DNA from: Azolla caroliniana
Lineage: Eukaryota > Plantae > Polypodiophyta
DNA length: 64,000 bases
Reading direction: 5' to 3'
NCBI GenBank assembly: GCA_043228905.1
Contig: JBHGNT010000017.1
Coordinates: 12,028,001-12,092,000 of the forward strand
This document shows positions 1 to 9,562 of this stretch, piece after piece. The notes beneath the pieces are model-generated. The model had not been told where the DNA came from, did not search any database, and saw nothing but the letters and a program-made list of their open reading frames with translations. Within the stretch, counting starts at the first letter, position 1; each line of letters begins with the position of its first letter. Position numbers and translations under genes: made by a program.

Positions 1-1727
1 CGTCGACGAGTGTGCACGCCGATGGCAAGATGCTCTACATGGAGGATGATAGGCTCCGTGGTCGTGGTGGACGAGGCGGATCGGCGTGCAATGGAGGTGG
101 CTGAAAAGAGCAGAATGTGCAGCATAATCGAGATGCCAGAAGCAATTCCGAACCCTCCACAAGTAGGGGGAGTTATGGTGGTGCCGGAAGACGGCAAGAG
201 AAGACCGTGCCGGATTGCTGGTATTGTGGCAAGAAAGGCCACAAGGAGAGCAAGTGCTGGAAAAAGCGAGCCGATTCGGACAAAGCCGGATCGAGCTGAA
301 GAGACGCGGAGAGGCGTTAGAGATCGCATTACGCAGAAGGCTCTGAACGAGCCGGAAACAAATTGGGCCCTGCCTTCGTAATGAAGCATAAGGCCAATTC
401 TATGGCCGTGAACACCTCGAAATCAAGCGAGGTGTGGTATGTTGATTCCGGAGCGTCAAATCATATGACGAGTCACGAGGAATGGTTCTCGTACTTGGAG
501 AAACCGGAATCACAAGCAGTGGTCGAAACGGGAGACGACACTCCGCATACCATCGAACATGTCGGGGAAGTTCCTCTCAGCCACGTCAGGCAGAAAGGGA
601 AACTCATGAACGTGTTGCACGTCTCGACAATAACGAAGAACCTAGTGTTGGTCGGTTAGATCGTCGACCAGGGAATGTAGGTTCGATTCACGCATCTCGG
701 CTGCTTCAAAGAAGAGGAAGGCAAAGTAATCGCGCAAGGGCGCCGTGAAGGGAGGATGTTTATGCTCGACACTAATCAAGCCGGAACCGCGTTGTACGCG
801 AATCGGATATCGACCTATGGCACAAGCGGTTCGGCCACGTAAATTTCCCACGGCTTCGTGAAATGCAGACGAAGAACATTGTTTTCAGGTTGCCGAAATT
901 TCGTGGGTAGAATGGCCAAGTCTGCCAAGCTTGTCAAATGGGAAATATTAGAGACATGTACTAAAGTAAGCATTAGATAAGGATAGATCGAGGTAGATAG
1001 AAAGAAAGGAGAGAGAGAAAGAAGGGTGCCGATCCACCCGACCACCCCCGAGCAAAGGGATCGAGACGAACTCAAGCCTCGATCGGCGTCCCATACCACC
1101 ACCGTGGTGTCAAGTCGTACCTGGTGCTGGCGCACTCGCTACAAGAGTTGACCCACCACAAGACAGAGTCTCGACGTAGTTAATAAGATAATGAAATGAG
1201 GGTAGTTAGGCCTCTATTTATAGCGATACCCAGGGCCCCCAGCCATGTTCACACTTGGCCTAATGGGTTGTCTCAATCCCGAGGATTTAAAAGTAATCCT
1301 CCCTTTCTTTACACTCTCATTTAACCCTCACACTTATCCATGTGTATAGAATACTACGGTAAATTCTCACCACGGGATATTATATGGTCATGCCCATAAC
1401 AGGAAAATAACACTGACTTCCATTCCCCAATGAGCGTAATCATAGTCGCAGTCCGCTGAATTTGATCCATTCGGATGTGTGGGGTTCGGCACAGAACGTT
1501 ACTTTGTAACCTTCATCGATGACTTCACTCGGCACACGTGGGCATACATGATTGAGAAGAAGAGCGAAGTCTTCGCATGTTTCCTGAAGGTGAAGAGCCT
1601 TGCGGAAAGGGAAACGGGGCGTAAGATCAAATGCCTACGGTCCAATGGCAGGAAGGAGTACTTCTTCGACCAATTCACAAGTTATCTACAGAAGGAGGGA
1701 ATTCGATGCGAATTCTCGTGTAGATAA
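1..1727 (+). mobile_element. Degenerate Ty1/Copia fragment (gag Zn knuckle, protease, GAG-pre-integrase, integrase N-half), truncated at ~1727
   Basis: CWYCGKKGHKESKC knuckle (ORF 117-299), WYVDSGASNHM protease (363-659), LWHKRFGHVNF at ~816-848, YFVTFIDDFTRHTW integrase (1479-1727); stops and frameshifts. Confidence 0.93.
946..1401. mobile_element. Solo LTR (456 bp) inserted in the Copia integrase Zn-finger region
   Basis: Termini TATTA...TAACA (TG>TA decay); perfect 5-bp TSD GGAAA at 941-945 and 1402-1406; removing it restores CQMGK*H*LPFPNER. Confidence 0.88.
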
Positions 1728-1919
1728 TCACTGAGCATGAAGTATGTACAGAACAAAGTGTCATTTTTTGAATCTAAGTTTTCTGTTGTCTACTCTCTTT
1801 TCTCTGTCTCTCCATCTCCATCTCCATCTCTGCGTTTTCTATGTTTTACTGAATTGTCTTACTCCTTCGAATTGTGTACTCTGCGTTTACGCACACGCTT
1901 CCGCACAACATATTCTTTT

Positions 1920-2777
1920 AAAGAGATGAGATGGAATTTGTTTTGGGTCTGGCCATGGTAAAGGTGAACATGATGGTGTAGGTGCTGTTATAAAGCGGGC
2001 ATTTACCCATGAACAACTGAAGGCAGATGGTGTGCAGATGAATTGTGCAACACATGTAGTTGAATTTTTAAGAGCTAATATGTCAACGAGTGCAATTGGT
2101 GTTTATTCCTTACAGGTTCGAGATATCAAACGTGAATTTTGGGAAGTGAAGATAGATGAAGTAAATAGGGAGAAGACCTGGGAGGGCAAAGGAATTCCTG
2201 AATTGCGATCTCTCCATGTTGTTCGTGGTTATTCTAGGTTGGATGCTCATTGTATTGCGGTTAGAGAATTAACTTGTTTTTGCTTCCATTGTGTGTAGGG
2301 AAATTGGAGGTATTGCTTAAACAAAGCATACATTGAACAATAAGGAAGCAATTGATGGAGAAACAAAAAAGAATGTTGACTTCACATATCAAGGGCATGG
2401 AGATACTTTGAGTGATGTCTTAAATGTTGGGGATAATTTCACTGTAAATGCAAAAGAAGGCAATTCAGAGGGTGCTTATATTCTATATATTGAAGTGCAT
2501 GGTTAGTAAACAGTGTGCAACACAGAATATTGTAGATGCTTGGGGAAATGTTGTATCTACCGGGGCATTCTACATTGAAGATATTTTTTATGCAAGACTA
2601 GATGATTACGATTATGTGTATAGGCTATTAGAAGACAAACCAGTGGCATACATGTACTCTCATTTGGTCAGGTGCATCAACGTCCCAATGTCGCAATACA
2701 ATAGTTGCTCAAGTTTATACACAGTTAGTGCTAATGTTTATCAATGTATTTACAACAATATGCCATGGAATTTGTAG
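1920..2777 (+). pseudogene. C-terminal remnant of a DDD-type DNA transposase (Sola-like, tentative)
   Basis: WNLF(frameshift)GSGHGKGEHDGVGAVIKRA motif at ~1932-2001, followed by RELTCFCFHC (CxCxxC) and a C-terminal domain (2448-2777); N-terminal half absent. Confidence 0.6.
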
Positions 2778-3164
2778 CTACAAGTAGCAATTACCAATTT
2801 TCTTGTAAAACCAACAAAGCACATGTATTGCAAATAAATAGTTAAATAAATTCGTTTGGGAGTTATTATTATTATATACAGTCTACTTTTTGTGCCTCTT
2901 GCTCAATAAAATCGTGTGTCTTTTTTATATACAGTCTTCTTTCTGTTCTTCTTTCTTAAAAACCAGTTTAATAATATCGTTTAGGGTTCTTCTTTCTGAT
3001 ATATAGATTTACTTAAGTGAACCATGTACAAATTAAAATAGTTTGCATAATTTTAAGGAAAAGCACTATCATGAAATTAGCAATCCTAAACATACTCTTA
3101 AAATTACACAGTAGATAAGTTACTCAAAACATCCCATTGATTAATCTGTCATCAAATTACATAT

Positions 3165-3720
3165 TTATAACATCCCATTGGCAATGTCTACAAATCGCCT
3201 ATAAACAGCTAAGCTCTTGTTGGTTAGTGGAACTTTTTTACATATATGATATGCATACTGAGCTCGGTATGAAGTCCAAAACCATGTAGTTAGTTGGCAA
3301 CTCAATGTTTTCACCAAGTAGTGTTCAGGCATTTCCTCGGGTAGAATGAGACAGCATCTGTGAATGTTGAAGTAATGCTGGAAATGTTCTAGATCTAGAA
3401 TTAATGTATTGTCGGCATTATAATCTGGCCAAGTAGCCCAAAAATCAGAAAGTCTTTTGAATCTTGCAACATCCTTCTGCTCACATTTCTCTCGTGTCCA
3501 TTGACCCTTGAAATGTTGTTGCCACTTCGGGAAGAAGCTTTCTACACACTTCCACACATCTGTACGTGGTTTTTAATTCCAAACAAACAAATCAAAGTAT
3601 TGCACAACCCACTCTAGAAATTGATTTGTGTCCCTCCATGGTGTCATAAATCGCACACTCATTAGGACTTTATCAAGCTCCAAGATCAAGGCTCTTCTTT
3701 CGACTTCTAATGGTTTAGGT
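3165..3720 (-). pseudogene. FCP1/NIF (HAD-superfamily) phosphatase-like domain with degenerate catalytic motif
   Basis: In-frame extension of ORF 3165-3557 through one stop reads RALILELDKVL...WRDTNQFLEWVVQYFDLFVWN*...FKRLSDFWATWPDYNADNTLILD, matching the NIF motif layout (LVLDLDETL / RP..EFL...FEV.VW / NTLLIDD). Confidence 0.65.
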
Positions 3721-3728
3721 TTTCATTC

Positions 3729-4881
3729 TTATAACTGAACCTCTGTTACACCAATTACTGGTAGCACACGATCAATTTCAATCAACTCAGGTTCTGTTGA
3801 CACAATTGGTGTCCTTTTCCTCTTCAAAGACCTGGTCGACTGTGTTGGGCCTGGCTTCACATTCTGGTGCTCTTTCATTGTCGACTTAGTCATCAATCCT
3901 TGCATTAGCTTGATGCATGTAGATACTGATCTGGTCGATATCAGCCCACTGGTATCACATGCCGCATCTACCTGCAAAATCAGATCATCTGTGCAACATG
4001 CTTGATCAACTTGCGTGACCAGATCATTTGTGTCAGTTGCTACATCTACTTTCAAGATGTGGCCCTCTAAACACGCAACACCATCAACAGTTTCCACACT
4101 TCCATCGGCCTTAGGAACAATAGATTCAAACCCTTTAGACTCTACAACATCAGAAAACACCAACATATTCACACTCACAAATTAATTAACAGTCTCAAAA
4201 AACAACATAATGAACATGAAATATTTTCCATCATAGAACAACATGAACATAATTATCGTAGAGAAACATCACAGAGTTCCATTACATAATGTGGATCAAG
4301 CAACAACCAACCTGAGGTTTTACTTGTCCAAATAGATCATAGTAAAACTTCATAAAACCCTAGGAAAATTGCTAACAATCATATTCCACTAATTAGTATT
4401 TCGCTCCAATTCAAGATCCCCTTGACCGAGTAACTCGTCTTGTCCCCGATCGTGGCCCCTTCTTTAGCCTTTTTCTAGCCGGTTGCCCATTTAGCCTTGC
4501 TTCTTTCACCCATTGCGCAAATGTGTCCTCCTCCGACAACGTTTCCATCACCTTAGCAGCATCTTGCACGTCCGCCGCGTCTTGCACTATCTTTTCCAGT
4601 ACAGTGGGATCTGTTTGGACATTATGAGTAGTTGGGCTCAGTGGGGTGGAATCAAGGTTTTGGGATTCGAAGAAATGTTCAAAAACACTGTTGTTGTGAA
4701 CCTCAGATTTACATGTTGTTTCCAATATTTCATGGCTTTTGACATCGTTTCCTAATTCACTACAATCTTCCAAAAGAATAGGGTGGAGTTGATCTGAAGG
4801 AGATGTGATAGCAGGACTCTTACTTTCAGCCACGTTGGCAGCTATCTCCTCATCTGTTGCATCGTCATCAACACCAGACAT
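3729..4881 (-). pseudogene. Acidic low-complexity ORF segments with basic NLS-like patches; probable upstream exons of the NIF-like gene
   Basis: ORFs 4411-4881 (from MSGVDDDATDEE; PARKRLKK) and 3729-4178 (LKRKRTP) on the same strand, separated by an AT-rich intron-like gap. Confidence 0.4.
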
Positions 4882-5302
4882 CCTCACCCTAAATTTCCCC
4901 CCAAAACTTTGTATAATTCTGGTCTTACCCCTCCCCCAATCTCTAATATAGCCCCAACACCCCCTAAATTTTTTCACACTCCTCCCATACCCCCTTCTCC
5001 ATTCTTAATAATTCCACACATGCCAACCCCCCCTTATTTTCACATAATTTGAATAAGAACCCCTCCCTATTTACATTTAACACCCCTCCCCTTTTTCCTA
5101 ATTTTAACTTATTGGCCCCTACCACCCACCCATATAATAAATCAAACCCACACAACTCTTACAAACCCCCCCGTCACCCCATAACTAAAACTCCGTCTTA
5201 TACGTCTAAACCAAAAAACATGTAGCGAGGCGTGCTAAACGAATTAGTAAACGGTTTAAGCACGCCGTACACCCGTGTAAACGTCTCTTTTACATACTAG
5301 AT

Positions 5303-7200
5303 ATGCCACCTTTAACGTGTGATACGTACATGTGGCTAGGTAGAAAAAACTCCCATTTCCCCTTCTCCCCTTACACTAAATCTCGCACTAAAAGGCTTAG
5401 ATACAAGTTTTGGAAACCACTTACTCCCACCATAGACACGACTCCCGTCTTAAAAAGCAAAATTCATAATCTTTCAAATTACGCCCTAAGTAAATTAGAA
5501 ATCAAACTTTTAAACCTAAGACTTAAGTTTATACCCCCCTGCCGCCCACCTACTAACCAATCCATTCTTCAAGAATACCAAAACCTCAGTAGATCCTTGA
5601 GACTTAAACATTTCTTTAAAGACTTCAACTCTCCCCCCTCTAATCCTTTCAAACTACCCAACCCGAATTGGAACCCTCCTACTAAGTATCCACCATTAGA
5701 GTCTATACTCCATAAATACAATATCTCTCTCTCCACAAACCTCCATAATAATATACTGCCTAATACCAAAATACCACTACACCTCCAAATAGCACTAACC
5801 AACCTTAGAAAAAACAAACAAATAATCATCCTACCAGCGGACAAAAACATCAGAGTTTGTGTCCTCGATAAAAAAACATACCTAGATAAAGCCCTAGAAC
5901 ATTTATCCGACATCACTACATATAAAAAAGTTAATAGTCTCCCATTAGAAGAACTTTTAAGTCGACTACATGACATAGTCAATTGTAACCTTAATATCTT
6001 GTCTCTCATAAAAATACAATTTATCCTACACAAACCTCCTAAAGGTTACTCAGTACCTAATATGTACTTCCTACCAAAAGTACATAAAACCCCTGTTAGC
6101 TATAGACCAATTTGCTCATATAATGGTTCATTATTTGAACAAACGTCTAAATGGCTTCACCACTAACTCCTCCCTATACTTCTATGTCAAAAACAATATC
6201 TTAGGGGCTCCCATTCCCTTGTCCAAACCTTAGAACAACTTATAACACCACCCAATAGCCTCATTTTTTCTTTTGATGTTAAATCACTCTACCCTAGCAT
6301 CCCACCAAAACTAGGACTCTTAGCCCTAAAAAATCTTATTTCCCCCCACTTTTCGAACCAAAAAACTAATTTGATTTATACCCTTAGCGCCCTCACTTTA
6401 GAATACCACTTCCTAAATATCAATAACCAAATTTATTAACAGGTAAAAGGAACAACCATGGGCAGTAATTTTTCTGTTGTCTACACATGTCCCTTCCTCT
6501 CATATCTAGAAAATTCCAATCCATCACCCCACCTTTTCTATTTCACTAGGTATATTGATGATGCCTTTGGTGTCTAGATTGGTACTAAACCCCAACTTTT
6601 CGAATACCTAAACTTCTATAGTAACACTACTCAAAACTCTATCAAACTAACCATACATACTTCTTACACGAAACTACCCTTTTTAGACTTGTGGATTAAC
6701 TTAGATAATAATAGATTCACTTTTAATTGCTTTCAAAAAACACTTAATACATATCAATACAGCCCTTATTCCTCCAATCACCCTCTCCATATTAAAACTA
6801 GTTTCGTTTCGAATGAATTAAAAAGATATATGGTTAGAGAAAGCACATCCCTAGGTTATTTAAATATGCAAAAGAAATTCTTTACGAGACTTAGGGCCCG
6901 AGGTTATCCCACACATTTTATTCTAAAGAACTTTAGAAAACACCCTTACTCCCTTAGACACACTCTCCTCTTCAAAGAAAAAACTAAAAAAACTACCCCA
7001 CCCACTATCTTTAAACTTAGATATACTCGCCATACCCCCACACTAATTATCAAAGAAATACTCACTAGCCTACACTCTAGTATACAATTAGATCCCCAAC
7101 TACAACATATCCCTAAACCTATTATCTGCTAGACAAAATCCAAAAACCTCCACTCTTTTCTAGTCCAAACTAAAAACATCCTAGACCCCCCCATAAACAT
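5303..7200 (+). pseudogene. PLE reverse transcriptase, single frame with point stops at ~6164, ~6437, ~6575, ~7130; no GIY-YIG domain
   Basis: IHNLS...LKFIP, IIILPADKN, YFLPKVHKTPVSYRPICS, FDVKSLYPSIP, KGTTMGSNFS, RYIDD (~6548-6562), LPFLDL, YSSNHP, LRARGYP, C-terminal KNLHSFLV. Confidence 0.9.
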
Positions 7201-7934
7201 ATTTTCTCACCCTTCATTTAATCTACCCCCCTTCCTTCCCCCTTACTACTATTTACTAGTCACACACATCTCCTTTTTCCCCTTCCCTCCTATCTATACC
7301 CCCCCTATCACTCCCTTATATTTCACTAAAATCTATATTTCTCTCTCTCTCTCTCTCTTCCCTTTTTTCTCCCTTCTCCCTTCCCCCTCCCCTATACCTC
7401 TCACTACCTTTTTATACACATTTCACTAAAATCCATAGTTCTCTCTCTCTCTCTCTCTATCTCTCCCCCTTACTACTATTTTATATCTTTACTCATTCCG
7501 TTTTTCTCTTTCTCTCCTTTCCCCCTCCCCCATACCTCTCACTACCTTTTTATACACACTCTCTCTTCCCTTGTTTCCCTCAAACCTTCTCCCCACCACC
7601 TCTTACTAACTTCCTTTTTCTTTTGCCTTCCTTTCCCTTCTTATTCCCTTCCTTTATTTTCACCTTCTCACCATCTTATGTATACTTACTTATAATTACA
7701 ACCCTATCACTCATTCATTTCCCCTTATCACCCTATCCCACTCACTCATCTGTCTTATCACCCTATCAATCTTCCTATCACCAACTCATTTTCCCCTTTA
7801 TCACCACCCCCCCTATCATCAAGATCTTCCACCTTAAATCCTTACAACCTTCCATCTATTTACACTCTTATTACACCCCACTCACTATGATTATACTTTC
7901 CCTCTTTCTCCTCCCTTCCCCATTCTCAACATCC

Positions 7935-7942
7935 TATATAAA
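7935..7942 (+). promoter_or_regulatory. Putative TATA box of the PLE pseudo-LTR
   Basis: TATATAAA about 20 nt upstream of hammerhead stem I. Confidence 0.4.
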
Positions 7943-7961
7943 CCACCATTTGTATTTCCAT

Positions 7962-8016
7962 GACCTTTTGCACTGATGAGCTCTAAGCGAGCAAAACTAG
8001 TTTGTTGCATAAGGTC
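7962..8016 (+). ncRNA. Degenerate type I minimal hammerhead ribozyme
   Basis: GACCTTTTGCA-CTGATGA-GCTC(TAAGC)GAGC-AAAA-CTAG-TT-TGTTGCATAAGGTC: core CUGAUGA, stem II GCTC/GAGC, GAAA box reading AAAA, palindromic stem III, stem I GACCTT/AAGGTC plus TGCA/TGCA. Confidence 0.75.
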
Positions 8017-8172
8017 TTTCCTTTCATTTTAATGAAAATTTCTTGAGTTTTTTTTCTCTCTCTCTCTCTCTCCTCTCTGTGCTTAGAATCTCTTCTTTTA
8101 CTATTACATTATCTACCATATCACAAAGTCGCCCGCACTCCTTGCTACAACCGAAAGGTTAATAACAAAAAG

Positions 8173-8660
8173 GGTAGTACTTAATTAGCTACCACTTAGC
8201 TAATTAACTATTGTAGTAAACTATGGTAGTATCTAATTAGCTACCACTTAGCTAATTAGCTATTGTACTAAACTATGGTAGTAGCTAATTAGCTACTGTA
8301 CTAAACTATGGTAGTAGCTAATTAGTTAGCTAAAGTATGGTAGTAGTTAATTAGTTACCACTTAGCTAATAGTTACCACCTAGCTAATTAGTTACTCAAC
8401 TAAACTATGGTAGCAGCTAATTAGCTAAGTGGTAGCTAATTACCTACTGTACTAAACTATGGTAGTAGCTAATTGGCTACCACTTAGCTAAGTAGCTACT
8501 TAGCTAAGTATGGTAGTAGCTAATTAGCTACCATTTAGCTAATTAACTACATGTTAGCTAATTAGCTACTACACTACAACCATAACAGCTAAATAGTTTC
8601 CACACTTTATACGGCTTACCTAATTAGCAAAGATGTAACTAATTAGCTACATTATGGTCA
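8173..8660. repeat. Array of ~19 perfect or degenerate copies of the 12-bp palindrome AGCTAATTAGCT with ~19/33-bp spacing
   Basis: Unit such as CTACTGTACTAAACTATGGTAGTAGCTAATTAG recurs in both orientations; two further palindrome copies at ~18619 and ~18645. Confidence 0.9.
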
Positions 8661-8674
8661 CAAGCAGCAATTTT

Positions 8675-9015
8675 ACCTGTTAGTTTTCTCCACTCATCTA
8701 GGAGAGCTATACTGCAATCCCCCAAACAGAATGCAACAATGCGACAGGCATATTGAAAACAAATGATATGGTATGTGTGCTGGCATGGTTGTAGGTGAAC
8801 CAAAAGAGTAGTAGTTTTGTCCTCTTACGTAATCCGCAAGCGATGCAACGTGCTTGAACAGTCAATATATCATTTCCTGGTTCTCCTTCATTTCGTAAGG
8901 GAGCAAGAATATTCAGGTCCAATTCTTGTCTACTCCTTACCATCCCCTCCACAAAATGTAGCTGCTTCTTAAGGCAGCTAACTACCTGTTCTTCACGGGA
9001 GTATTGTTCCTTCAA
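8675..9015 (-). pseudogene. Coiled-coil plus RING-H2 finger exon, frameshifted
   Basis: RCIACGL in ORF 8707-9015 continues in a shifted frame as LVHLQPCQHTYHIICFQYACRIVAFCLGDC (C-C-C-H-H-C-C-C). Confidence 0.7.
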
Positions 9016-9072
9016 TGCAGCCGAGAAATTTACCGATTAATTATTCCTTAATGAGGAAGATACAACAACAAG

Positions 9073-9507
9073 TGTTAACTTTTAGGGCTGGACAATGGCC
9101 TAACACAGGGTGTCTACGGAAGACACTTCACCAAAGGGGTGTTACGGCAAGAGGATTAGGCTCAACGATTAATCCGACTTAATTAGGTTACTTAGCAAGA
9201 TCGTCCTTAATAATCACACGCGTAAGATATAACAATGAATGCAGAACGGCAATTAACACAGAGAGATAAAAACACTAAGCTTCATTAATTATCCGCTACT
9301 CATTACATTGTATCCGGGCCTTTAAATAGGTTTCCGGTTTGTAGTACAAAACGGTGCCATCCGCACCTGTTCGGGATCGGTCCGGATCCGGAACAACATA
9401 CCGATTCCGGTCCGTCTGTCCACACTAATAACTTACTTACAACCATTCCTTAATAATTAAATAACTCCTTCGTTTCACACTCTGGACTCTTTTGCCGGCC
9501 GGTAACA
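9073..9507 (-). repeat. 3' LTR of Gypsy copy A
   Basis: Direct repeat of 16778-17209; about 14 substitutions and one 3-bp indel by eye. Confidence 0.97.
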
Positions 9508-9562
9508 CATGGCACACCCGTGGGACAGTACCTTGTACATCGAATCCACCATCCAACCCTTG

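Larger units (their letters stand above)
5221..8149 (+). mobile_element. Penelope-like retroelement (PLE), endonuclease-deficient
   Basis: PLE-type RT ORF, strong C/A strand bias, CT-rich 3' region, hammerhead motif, 13/15-nt terminal inverted repeat; exact boundaries uncertain (C-rich sequence extends back to ~4890). Confidence 0.8.

Noticed and set aside
7623-7976. 117-aa hydrophobic ORF as a membrane protein or PLE second ORF
   Set aside because: Arises from C/T-rich low-complexity sequence, non-ATG start, no motifs
8173-8660. CRISPR-like repeat array
   Set aside because: The spacers are themselves repetitive, the repeats are only 12 bp, there are no cas genes and the context is eukaryotic
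9475-9562. ORF3 reading through into the 3' LTR
   Set aside because: The stop after DILDEE/DILDEA is at the same codon in copies A and D, so it is the genuine end; ORF 9475-9894 is an alternative-frame artefact
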